DNA of 63,783 bases, filler included, from Octopus bimaculoides (taxonomy: Eukaryota): the NCBI RefSeq assembly GCF_001194135.2. It is 7 parts of 7 records of this genome, joined end to end, with 100 filler letters (N's around TTAATTAATTAA, not from the genome) between each part and the next. Parts side by side here need not be neighbours in the genome. Positions count along the whole stretch, not along the records: positions 44,927 to 54,548 come from NC_068982.1; positions 54,649 to 59,534 come from NW_026398291.1; positions 59,635 to 62,503 come from NC_068987.1; positions 62,604 to 63,783 come from NW_026338242.1; 3 more parts are not named here. One strand, 5' to 3'. This document shows, one piece after another, positions 52,045 through 63,735 of the stretch. Made by a program: the position numbers and the translations under genes. The notes beneath the pieces are model-generated. The model searched no databases. It was not told the DNA's origin and saw only the letters and a list, made by a program, of their open reading frames with translations. Each line of letters begins with the position of its first letter. Positions within the stretch are counted from its first letter, which is position 1.

Positions 52045-53104
52045 GATCAGTGATCTAGTTCTTATACTTGAAAGGTCGTATACCAAAAGAGACTTTCGAT
52101 GATATAAAAGAAGTTTATGGTGACGATACACTATCATACGATGGCATCATCAGTTCAAATGTCATCAGACATCAGTGGAAACTGCTCCTATTCCTGGACG
52201 ACCACATTCCTCCATTGATGACAACACCATCCATTAAGTGGAAACCGCCATTTTGGGGGATCGCTGCATAATTATTCAGCAACTAGCCCAAGAAGTGAAG
52301 ATAAGTGTAGGGTCCGTGGTAAAAGTCATTTACAACCATTTGCATGTGTGGAAGTTGTCTGCACAATGGATTCCCTGGATGCTCACTCCTAGCAGGAACG
52401 AGTCAATTACTCCCAGACTCTTTTAGCAATGTGCCAAGAAAACGATGAGGACTTTTTTGGCAGACTTATCACACAGGATGAAACATGGGTCCATCACTAT
52501 GATCCTGAGACTAAAGTCCAGTAGAAGCAATGGAAGCATGATAACTCACCACCTTCAAAGAAGGCTCATGTCCAGCTCTTAGCAAGCAAGGTGATGCTTA
52601 CAGTCTTTTGGGACCAGCGTGGAGTAGTGATGATGGATTTTCTCGCAAAGGGCACCATAATTAACGGGGCATATGCTTCTCTGCTACAGAAATTCCAGGA
52701 CGCCATCAAAGCAGAGAGGTGTGGCATGCTGACTAAAGGAGTCTGCCTCCTCCAACACAACGCCCCAGTTAACAATGCGCATGTTGCCCAGATGAAAGCG
52801 TGCTCCTGTGGCTATGAAATCCTTCCTCATCCCCTTTACTCTCCCGTTCTTGCACCATCTGACTTCCATCTCATTCTGAAGCACTTTTCGGATGATGATG
52901 AACTTATTTCCGAGGTAAATTCTTGGCTCCAGACGCAATCTACCAACTTCTAGAGATGAGGTCTTCACAGCTGCATAAATCAATGGGAGAAGTGTGTCAC
53001 CATTGGTGGTGGCTATGTAGAGAAGGGCTAATAATTATGTCAAGTTTCATTTAGCCCAGTCTTTGAGAAGTAGGTCAGGGGAAATCTTTAATGGACACCC
53101 CTCG
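52045..53104 (+). mobile_element. Decayed mariner (SETMAR/Hsmar1-like) transposase with 3' TIR
   Basis: ITQDETWVHHYDPETK; KVMLTVFWD; HNAPV; HPLYSPVLAPSDFHL; WEKCVTIGGGYVEK; end aatggacacccctcg. Contains stops and frameshifts; 5' TIR not seen. Confidence 0.9.
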
Positions 53105-54097
53105 TGTCTGTATATATATATATATATATATATCTGTGTGTGTGTGTGTGTGTGTGTGTGAGTGTCCACACTCACACACATACACATATATATAAAATAC
53201 GAAAATGGAACAAGAACGCAAAACATCCAGACAGACGATAAAAAGAAAACAAGGATGAGTCATTCAAAGTTTTCTTTCCTCAGTCGAGTTCCAGATTATC
53301 TTTGCAATTTCGACTGGTTATACTCGAGATTGCTCCAATCTGGCCAGCCCCAAGGAAAGACTAAGCTAAGAGCACAGATTCCTTGGAAGCAGCGAATGTA
53401 TATGAAAACAAGGACGGAAAAACGGAGAAATAGTACACAAATACAAATAACAGGACATTAACAACGGGTGTCTTTCAACTAAGGACGAATTAAATTAAGC
53501 TGGTGTGTGTGGAAGTAAAGCCTTACGGCAGGGACATAGGGTTTGACAGGCACAGGAAGGAATATAGATGTTGCATGGATGGTAGTCGAACCAAGAAAGA
53601 AAGGTCAGGCCTGGCCGAACACCGTTCGTGTAGGGAGAGAAGAGAGGTAAAGGCAGAGGGATAGAAGAATTAAGGAGGGGCGAGAAAACAATGAAAGGGA
53701 CAGAGTGAAGTGGAAGAGGAGGGAAGGTGAGCATGAAGAGAAGGTGAGAGAGGGGAACGAAAGAACGAAGAGTGGAATGAACAAAGTAAGTGTGAAGGGC
53801 CTGATAGAAAGAAGGAAAGAATGAAAGGATAAAAAGAGTAATAGAGTCGTACAAAATTTATATATGTATATATATACTTACATATAAGAGACCAAAGTGT
53901 ATGTACGCCGCTATATTTTTATATATAAAAAAAATGAAAAAATGGGAAACGAACGCAAAACATCCAGACAGACTATATATATATATATATATATATAATT
54001 CAATATGATAAAGTCTTTATAAGAATATATCAAGTAGTTAGCGTGAAAAACCTCATAAGGGGAAAAAAAACATCATTTATCCCTATAAATATATTCA

Positions 54098-54350
54098 ATT
54101 TATATAAGGGCATTACTATACAATAACACCTCGCGCTAAGAGGGACTCCAGAAGTCAAACTACTATAATAAGCACATTTTTACCGATCGCGAGGGAATGC
54201 AACTCTCAAAGCTAACCTCCAAATTTTTAGGAGGTTGGTTTTGAGAGTTGCATTCCCTCGCGATCGGTAAAAATTTTTATTATAGTAGTTTGACTTCTGG
54301 AGCCCCTCTTAGCATGAGGCGTTATTGTATAGTAATGCCCTTATATAAAT
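54098..54350. repeat. 253-bp foldback palindrome
   Basis: atttatataagggcattactatacaataac... / ...gttattgtatagtaatgcccttatataaat with a loop near 54221-54229. Confidence 0.92.
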
Positions 54351-54458
54351 CAATACCGGAGTAAGCACATGAAATGTGCAACAAGGTGGAAAAAAGAGTA
54401 CTCAAATACCAGAGGTAGAGTGATATGCTTTATTTAAAAGCAGCAGCAATATAACAAA

Positions 54459-54504
54459 AAAACCGTTACTCTGAGTTTCACGTTCCCGTTCATCGGACAG
54501 TTTT
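54459..54504 (-). ncRNA. Hammerhead-fold motif with variant core CCGAUGA
   Basis: AAAACUGU/ACGGUUUU stem I (8 bp), ACG-GGAA-CGU stem II, GAAA, ACUC-A-GAGU stem III, GUA triplet. Confidence 0.6.
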
Positions 54505-54648
54505 GTTAGAAATGGAGAAAGGATAACAATGCAATCGAAAGTAATATANNNNNNNNNNNNNNNNNNNNNNNNNNNNNNNNNNNNNNNNNNNNTTAATTAA
54601 TTAANNNNNNNNNNNNNNNNNNNNNNNNNNNNNNNNNNNNNNNNNNNN

Positions 54649-54694
<46 letters not shown>

Positions 54695-55833
54695 GCTCAC
54701 AATAATAAGTAATATGAATGCAAACAGATAAAAGCAGATATACAAACAGATGCCTATAATTAAATTAATAAACAATAAATAGCAACATATATATTTAATG
54801 AAAAATATACACCACAAAACATACAGTCTGAGAAAACTAAAATTAAAATGTATATTTGATTAGGATTTTAATCAACAATATTAACTTCTTTGAATATCTA
54901 AAAAAATAAAACAACTCTCATACAAATATTTAATACGCTCACTTACACATATACACACAAAGTCATGTTTACACAGTTTCCCACTAAAGCATAAATGTAC
55001 ATAAACACACACATAGAAGCAATCGTTGCAAATACACATATATACACACACAAACAAACTCACATACATAGGAATGTGAAATCAAAATCGTTTATGTACA
55101 TACAACGTGCTACTGATGAAGTTTAACAAGACAGAAATCCGGACTTAGCAGTGCCACCGGCGTTGCAAGGCGATTTTTGTCAGTTGGTGATACATATGAT
55201 TCTGAGTGGGTGTGCCTTTTGTCTCCGTCTCTACCCATCTCCGCTTGATAACCGGTGTTGGTCTATTAAAATCACCGTAACTTAGTGGTTCGGTAAAAGA
55301 GACTGATAGAATAAGTACCAGGCTTACAAAAAAATAGAGTACTGGATCGATCCATTCGACTAAAACTTCTACGGGGTGTTGTATAATGTTGATCTCAGCA
55401 AACATATAAGGAACAGGCTTTTGTGTTTCGAGCACACGCTCAGCTACAGAAAGAACAAACGCAGAGAAGAAAAAAATCTGAGAGAGAAAAGAACAAGCGT
55501 GCTTCCGTTAAACGGTCACAGCATTCTGAAATGACTGGAAAAGAAGGAGGTTGCTAGAGGTGTGAGTGGCAAGGAGGACAACTGTCTAGAGTTTTCTTGA
55601 GGCGTGGGTGGAAAGGGCGACATCTGTGAGCCTGTTATATGTGTGTGCGTGTGAGTAAGTCTGTGTGTGTGCGTGTGCGTTTGTGCGTGCGAGTGTGTGT
55701 GTCTTGTTTGCAGTTATGTGTGAATGCTATTTTCTATTTCTGTGTGTGTGCGTGTGTGTGTATGATGTATGTGTGTTATACAGGATAGAGGTTTAGGTGG
55801 ACAGGATGTGACAAAATTGGTAGGTATTGGGAA

Positions 55834-55874
<41 letters not shown>

Positions 55875-56099
55875 AACGCACACGTTTATCTATCTATCTA
55901 TCTATCTTTGACTCTGTCTCTGTCTGTCGCTCTCTCTCATTCCCTTCTCTCTCTCTCTCAATCTCTCTCTCTCTCTCTCTCTGTATATATATATATATAG
56001 AGAGAGAGATTAAGGTGAATATGGTACTTAAGTAGAGGCACCAGAATTTAGTACGGTATTATACATACAATTTCAAAGTTATGTGATTAAAATCAAAAT

Positions 56100-56481
56100 A
56101 AGCAACAAGGATATCAAGAGGTAATGCAGTACGATCGTTTCATGCAACTCCATTTAATTGAACGATGCAATCGTTCCATCAATTTAAAATGCAGAGCAAA
56201 CTTCAGCTGCACAAAGGCATAGAATTTAATTAAATTAAAGTTAATCTATTAACTTCTATGCTGTAGTAGAGGCAACATGTTCTTTGTCTATCTCCTTAAC
56301 TTGGAGATTTTTGGTATAATTATACCAATGTGTCGATCTGTTCTAATTTAATTAAATTCTATGTCTTTGAGCAACTGAGGATCGCTCTGCATTTTAAATT
56401 GATGCAATGATTGCATTGTTCAATTAAATGGAGTTCCATGAAACGATCGTATTGCATTACCTCTGGATATTCTTGTTGCTT
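56100..56481. repeat. Inverted repeat with about 138-bp arms and about 106-bp spacer
   Basis: 56100-56237 is the reverse complement of 56344-56481 with scattered mismatches. Confidence 0.9.
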
Positions 56482-57050
56482 GATGTAGATTCGAACTGAC
56501 GAACTGACTGTGAGACGTTAAAATTTCGGAGTAGTTGTTTCCTCATCAGTCACAGACACTAAGCAGATGACCCTACAAGCTGAATTAAGAGATTACCTCT
56601 CTTAGCTGATCTCGGTGTGTACACACCATTTGTCAAAAAGCAAGATATATTCTCCCTGACAAAACACAGTGAATAGCTTGTTCCTCAGTTCGAACCTGCA
56701 TCAAACATATTCGGACTCGTAGTAATAAGATTACAACTTCTCTTATAACTGCTTAGTGCTCTCCTCTCCGTAATTTACTTACGGTGAGGCACCGTATAGC
56801 GCTGCCAGTCACCATACGGTGACTGGAACAGAATAAGAAAGGTAATCTCGTAATCCAACTCGTAATGTCATCTGCTTAGTGTCTTGGTAGATGGCGCTGC
56901 GAGCTGAGCTAGGTGTATACACACCATTTGTCAACAAGCGACATATATTCTCCGTGACAAAACGTAGTGAGTAGTTTGTTTCCAGTTCGAACGTCCATCA
57001 AGCATATTTGGACTGATAATATATATATATATATATTATTATTATTATTA

Positions 57051-57544
57051 TGTTGTTTTTTTCTTCTTTCTTCAAATTTTCTTCCATTTCTCGCCGAGTG
57101 TTTTCCGTACACCTAAGGCAGAGAAACTCGTTGTATGCATTCCCAGTTTACACACGCAAATTCACAGGTAAAACATGTATTTAAGAAAAAAAAAATTCAT
57201 GAATGGATGTTGTTTTCACAGCGATAATGCTCTTCTCAGTACATGAGTCGTTCCAGTTAGCACGAATTTTTGCACTTCCTGTAGGGATGGTAAGCCTGGT
57301 ATCATTTTCAAATAAGTTTCAGTACCTTTTTTAATCATTCCTAGAGATCCTACAATCACTGGTATGGTAGTCGCCTTGAGGTGCCACATTTTTTCAATTT
57401 CTATTAGCAAGTCTTTATATTTACCGATCTTGTCAAATTCTTTCGCCGCTATATTATGATCAGAGGGAATACTCATGTCAATTAATAAACACGTCTTCTT
57501 TGTCTGATCTTTTATAATAATATCCGGTTTATTAGCTTTTATAG

Positions 57545-57547
<3 letters not shown>
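57051..57547 (-). mobile_element. 5'-truncated R4/Dong-clade non-LTR retrotransposon (restriction-like endonuclease end) within an (ATT)n array
   Basis: KANKPDIIIKDQTKKTCLLIDMSIPSD..K..KYKDL..IPVIVGSLG..GTTHVLRRAL (PD-D/ExK type); (ATT)n on both sides. Confidence 0.85.
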
Positions 57548-57593
<46 letters not shown>

Positions 57594-58846
57594 GGAAAAG
57601 TCAAACCAAGGCAGAACGAGTATCTCAAGTCATTTAGAATAATTTACTTAAGGTGAATTTGAAGTCTTACAGCTGTTTCTGGCACAGCCCAAGTGGTTAA
57701 TTAGCATGTCTGTGCACTATGTATTCTTGTTCCGTCATCAGAGACAAGGTATGAATATTTTAGACGGGAAAATTTAGAGTTTACAAGGAATAAAATTCAC
57801 AGTTTATAAAGAGTAAAATAGAAGAATAAAAGCTACAAACGGACATTGTTCGTGGTATATCACTGATATTTATTCCATATTTTTTTTTTTTTTTACAGAC
57901 ATCGGAAAGGCTTGTACGCTGGCAGAATCATTAAATCACCGAGTAAATTCTTGGCAGCATTCATTCTAACCCCCAGCGTTCCGAGTTAAATTTTAAATTC
58001 TTACCAAGGCCACCTTCGCTCCTCATCACCACGGGGTCGATAAAATAAAGTACCAGGGAAGTACTGGGCCCGATGTAACCGACTAGCCTTTCTCCCCAAA
58101 TTTCAGGCCTCGTGCCTATTTTAGAAAGTGGTTTTACTGAAAGTGGAAGTCGTTGAATTAGCGGAGTTGTTAACGCTTGTGGCACCTCACGTTCTGAGTT
58201 CAAATATTGCCAACGTCAGTTTTGCCTTTCTACCTTTCGGGCTAGATTAAAATAAGTACCACTTCAGCGATGGGATCGATATAATCGATATGCAGCCCCC
58301 TTAAAATTGCGGTCCGCGTGTCCAAATGTGAAACATTTTCACAGGTTACAGAATGGTCGAGTCGTTACAATATTTGATACAAAGATACGTAGTTGTTTCA
58401 TAAGCACTGAGTTCGAATCCCACCAAAGACCCAACTTGGTCTTTTGTCTTCGAGGTCGATGGTCAAAATGTCACTGCTGTCGAAGAATTGGTGAAAATTG
58501 ACAGAGCGTTCGAACGGTTGATTTGCCGTCAATGTTGAAAGTAAATGCCTTCTCAGTTCGAATCTAGTCTCCCATCGTGACTTACTGACATTTTTGAAAC
58601 TTTTGCCAATCAAAAGATAGTACCATGAATGAAAACAAAAACATCACTGACAATATAGATTCCTTGGTTCGATCATGGGATCAGCTGCAATGGGATTATT
58701 GATTGATCGTTGAGCTAAGATCAATAATTAATAAATATATAAGTAAAACTTTCTACGAACACAGAAATAGACTTCTTTTTCTCCCTCTCTCTCACCTTAC
58801 ATACACGCACATACATATATATGTATATGTAGTATAGCTATGTATG

Positions 58847-58916
<70 letters not shown>

Positions 58917-60426
58917 TATACTTTAATCTAAAGTATGTTTTCAGAGTTTCCTCTACTTCTTTTCTTTCTCCCCTCCTTCTTTTTTAATTTTCTTCTTTCT
59001 TATTCTCTAGAGTCTATGTTTCACAACATGTTGGGTAACGGCTTCTCAAAGAATAACAATTTGATTTTCAATATCAACACCAGAATAGAATTTTTTATTT
59101 TTTTTAAAAAAAGGATTATCAAATACATAAGAAAAGCATCATATAACATACACAAAAGCAAAAGCAAAACGAAAACAATCCAATAAAACTATAACAAAAA
59201 AATCCCAGCAACTTAATCTATCTCTCCAGCATACAATTAAAACTATTTACGGACAGATTTTGATTTAAACTGTAAAAGAAACTCATAAGAGACGACCATC
59301 TTTAAAACTAATGTAAAAGTACACTTGACATTTTAGAATATTTTTTTCATACATTTTATATTGTAAATAACGATATCAAAAGAACAGTGCCATTCAATTT
59401 TACAACTGTTCAATGTGCTTTAATGTTAATTTTTTTTTCTGTCTTGTCAGAAATATAGAAAACTAAATGAGAAAATATCAGAATGAAAGAAGTATGTGCA
59501 AAAGCGCTTGGAGTACATGACCTGTATGTATGTANNNNNNNNNNNNNNNNNNNNNNNNNNNNNNNNNNNNNNNNNNNNTTAATTAATTAANNNNNNNNNN
59601 NNNNNNNNNNNNNNNNNNNNNNNNNNNNNNNNNNTTTTCAAAGAACGATGATCAATATGTTTAGAATAAATAATGATTTACTTCTTTATATGCAATTCTT
59701 TATCCCGAACAAATATGAATAAATTTTATTCAGGTTTTTGAAAATCAATTTCTATTTAAGCTTTACTGGAATTATCGACCTATTTTCTTTGAAATATATA
59801 AAATTCACTAATTTCGCCCTTTCAGACTAGAGATAAGAATGGTATAATGGAGACTTATTAATATTCATCGTCAATTTCCGATGCCAAGTGTTTTTGGCAC
59901 GTTTGCGTTGGCTTTGATTTCCCGTTAATATGGTGGCCATGATCATACGTGAAAATAAACCACCGCTTTTTACTTATGTGAGCATTAGACGAATGGTATC
60001 ATAATCGTAAACGGTATGTAGAGTTAATATGATCTCATGGTCTGTAGTTTTAACTACTTGAAGCTGATAATATTATGAAAAAGCGATGTTCTTTCACTTA
60101 TTCAATAATTCTAGTCACTGAACTGCAAATATGCGAGGGCGATTCCAGTACCTTGGTAATCCTCTTCATTGATTTCAGAAGAGAACGAGAAACACAGACG
60201 ACCAGGTATGTGTGTGTGTGTATGTGCGTGTGTGCATGTGCGTGTGTGTATGTGCGTGTATGTATGTGCGTGTGTGTGTGTGTGTGCGGGTATGTATGTG
60301 TGTAGATAGATACATACATACATAAATACATACATACATACATATAAACATATGAACATGGGCAAACATAAAAATATAGCATACATACATATATATGCAC
60401 TCGCGTGTGTGTGTGTGTATTCTTTT

Positions 60427-60620
60427 GTTACCTCCGCCTTAGCGAAGGTGGAGGTATTGTTTTCAGTCGTGTTAGCTTGTTTGTCCGTGGACAAGATATC
60501 TCAAGAACCGCTGGATGGATTCGGATGAAACTTTCAGGAATGTTTGGCCTCGGGATTGGCACGAGCTGATTAGATTTTGGGATCGATCGAGTAGCAGACA
60601 AGGATTCTGGATTATTTGTT
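60427..60620 (+). mobile_element. Helentron-associated (HINE/DINE-1-like) element
   Basis: TTACCTCCGCCTT-AGCG-AAGGTGGAGGT hairpin followed by GTTTGTTTGTCCGT..GATATCTC..GGATGAAACTTT. Confidence 0.7.
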
Positions 60621-60940
60621 ATATTTACTTTACATAAAGTATTACGATCTTACGTTGACTTTCAAGTCTTTCTCTGGTTATCTCCCTTATATTATATATT
60701 ATACATGCATATTAACACTTTACAGTATACTTACATATTTACATAATTCTATACATCGATCTAAAACAACATGATTACTAAAGGAAGGCCGGAATTTAAG
60801 AGAAGAGAAAACCAAAAGGCCTCATGCTATTCATTTAAAAATTCCTGAGTAGAACTTATTATTATCATTAATGTTTTTACTACTTTGAAACTATTTTGAA
60901 TGGTGAATTTGTTAACTTTGGCTTGTATTAGATAAAATAA

Positions 60941-61188
60941 ATGCGCCCTTTTAAAGCCTAGCCAGGCTCATGGGCCTGGTTTCCCGGTTTCAATGGCGCA
61001 TGTGTTCCCCAGCCGGATGGGACGCCAGTCCATCGCAGCGTTATTCATTTTTGCCAGGTGAGTGGACTGGAGCAACGTGAAATGAAGTATTTTGCTCAAG
61101 AACACAACGCGCCGCTCGGTCCAGGAATCGAAACCACAATCTTACGATCATGATGTTGACACCCTAACCACTAAGCCACGCGCCTCCA
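60941..61188 (-). mobile_element. tRNA-derived SINE family D
   Basis: GGAGGCGCGTGGCTTAGTGGTTAGGG..GGTTTCGATTCC head. Confidence 0.85.
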
Positions 61189-61707
61189 CTGCACTAGATA
61201 AGGATAAACTATTTATTGCAGTTACTAAATTTTCTACAGCTGCTTTGAGATGAGTCATCGTTCCAAAAAATAACCTAACAAATCTAATATATAACTCATT
61301 ATTATTCCCGTTTTTTTTTACTTCATTTTTTGAGAACGGTCGGGTTCATTTTTAGTATTCTCATTTGTGAGAGCAGTCGAGTTTACTTCAGATATTCTCA
61401 TTTTAAAAATCATCCCTGGTTAATCGTTGAGGGGATGCTGGTGTTGCCTTGGTGGAGGTTTGCGTTCTCTTTTACTTGTTTCAGTCATTTCACTGCGGCC
61501 ACGCTGGAGCACTGCATTTAGTCGAACAAATCGACCCCAGGACTTATTTTTTTGTAAGCCTAGTACTTATTCTATCAGTCTCTTTCGTCGAACCACTAAG
61601 TTACGGAGACGTAAACATACTAACATCGGTTCTCAAGCGATGGTAAGGTGACAAACACAGACACAAATATATGCATACATACATACATACATGCATGCAT
61701 GCATACA

Positions 61708-61773
<66 letters not shown>

Positions 61774-62199
61774 NNNNNNNNNNNNNNNNNNNNNNNNNNN
61801 NNNNNNNNNNNNNNNNNNNNNNNNNNNNNNNNNNNNNNNNNNNNNNNNNNNNNNNNNNNNNNNNNNNNNNNNNNNNNNNNNNNNNNNNNNNNNNNNNNNN
61901 NNNNNNNNNNNNNNNNNNNNNNNNNNNNNNNNNNNNNNNNNNNNNNNNNNNNNNNNNNNNNNNNNNNNNNNNNNNNNNNNNNNNNNNNNNNNNNNNNNNN
62001 NNNNNNNNNNNNNNNNNNNNNNNNNNNNNNNNNNNNNNNNNNNNNNNNNNNNNNNNNNNNNNNNNNNNNNNNNNNNNNNNNNNNNNNNNNNNNNNNNNNN
62101 NNNNNNNNNNNNNNNNNNNNNNNNNNNNNNNNNNNNNNNNNNNNNNNNNNNNNNNNNNNNNNNNNNNNNNNNNNNNNNNNNNNNNNNNNNNNNNNNNNT

Positions 62200-62410
62200 C
62201 TCCAGCCTGATCTTACTACTGAGGTGGTAACTAAAAAAAGTTAACCAACCCCTGGCCGGAGACAAAGGTACCTGTCACTATGCCTTTCACACGCGTCTTC
62301 CATACTGTTTCTTTCAGTATGGCTACTACGCAGAAAAAACAGGCCTTCCTTTCCCTGTTAAGGAAAGGAGGTGGTACAGTCTCGATGATAGACTCAGCTG
62401 ATAGGGTAAT
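62200..62410 (-). mobile_element. Probable L1/Tx1-like LINE C-terminal fragment
   Basis: LSAESIIETVPPPF..VAILKETVWKTRVKG..SGQGLVNFF; family assignment is tentative. Confidence 0.4.
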
Positions 62411-62774
62411 AAGCTTCTTACCACACAGCCACGCCTGCGCTTGCATGTATATAATACACACACAGACACACACACACAAAGACACACACACACACAACAC
62501 ACANNNNNNNNNNNNNNNNNNNNNNNNNNNNNNNNNNNNNNNNNNNNTTAATTAATTAANNNNNNNNNNNNNNNNNNNNNNNNNNNNNNNNNNNNNNNNN
62601 NNNGTATATATATATATATGTACATATATATGTATATATATATGTATGTACATGTATATGTATATATATATATGTACGTATATATATATATGTATCATCA
62701 TCATCATCATATATATATATATATATATATATATTCATGTATGTATATATATATGTATGTATATATATATATAA

Positions 62775-63354
62775 AGAAGAGAAGAGAGTACACACACCTT
62801 GTACACCTTTATCTTTGTCTTCCTGCATATGTCTCGCCGACCTCAGAGACGTCTTTCTAGCCTTGCGAAAGCATCACTTGCTTTCCTAATTCTGTATGGA
62901 ATTTCATTGTCCAAATTGCCATATCTATTAACAGTGCTTCCCAGATAGACAAACTGATCGACTACACCAAATATTCTACCATACACATAGATATTTGGTT
63001 CAATATACTGCTTACGTCATTCCTGAGGCAGTGCAAGCATCAGAGAATGCATTCAAAATGTGTTGCATATCAATCTCTGTGTGCGCTACTAGATCACAAT
63101 CATATGCATACAAAAGGTCTCATGATAGAGGTAAATACTTTTGCTTTTGCAACAAAGTGTCTGATATTAAATATGCTGCCAGAGGTTCGATAATGGATGT
63201 AAACACCATATCTACAATTTCTGAATGCAATACAGAAAACCATCACAAAATATATGGCGAATAGAGTCGGTGCCAGAATATCCCCTTGCTTCACTCCATT
63301 TTGTATTGAAATGGGCTCCGACATTTTACCTCTAACATTAACCCTACCCTTCAT
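62775..63354 (-). mobile_element. RTE LINE reverse transcriptase fragment
   Basis: IQNGVKQGDILAPTLFAIYF; YRTSGSIFN; YLGSTVNR..DNEI..RKAS; [17 protein letters not shown]. Confidence 0.85.
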
Positions 63355-63362
63355 GTCTTCCT

Positions 63363-63735
63363 ATGACACTGACATGCAGTGTCTGTGCAAGACTGTGCCT
63401 CAGTAAAGCTGGGCTTATGAGTCATCTTCGTAGTCATAAAGCAAGACTGATGATTGACTACCAGGCCGCTGGTGATGATGCTACATGCCATACTAATCAT
63501 GTCTGTCGGGCATGTGGAAGGGAGTGTGATTCAGCAGGAGGACTAAAACGACACACAAAGGTACATGGAGCCCAATTACAACAACAGCCAGCTATTGCCA
63601 GTAAAGGTTTTGGATGCCAACTCTGTGCAAGACATTGTAGATCTTTGGCTGGGCTAAAAAGTCACATTCGATCACAGCACCGTTAAGTTAAGCTTCGTGC
63701 AATGGCCATACTCGATAGTGAGGGGGCAGCCATCA
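63363..63735 (+). mobile_element. RTE LINE 3' terminus encoding three C2H2 zinc fingers
   Basis: CSVC..SHLRSH, CRAC..RHTKVH, CQLC..SHIRSQH, then stop and a short tail atggccatactcg..gcagccatcat into a microsatellite. Parallels 25435-25700. Confidence 0.7.

Noticed and set aside
58670-58710. SWDQLQW as the class B WD/CW exon
   Set aside because: Lacks both conserved cysteines and hits a stop immediately.
1418-62244. All long ORFs containing X runs
   Set aside because: They are open only because N bases cannot encode stops.
14216-62559. Regularly recurring TTAATTAATTAA (PacI-like) motif
   Set aside because: Always centred in 100-nt N blocks; an assembly spacer, not biological sequence.
14574-62860. 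HT/YI/CV/SL-repeat ORFs
   Set aside because: Translations of (CA)n, (TA)n, (GA)n and (TATC)n microsatellites.
63363-63686. Host C2H2 zinc-finger transcription factor gene
   Set aside because: No TGEKP linkers, followed by an RTE-type terminus and microsatellite tail, with a decayed paralogue attached to RTE coding sequence at 25435-26205.
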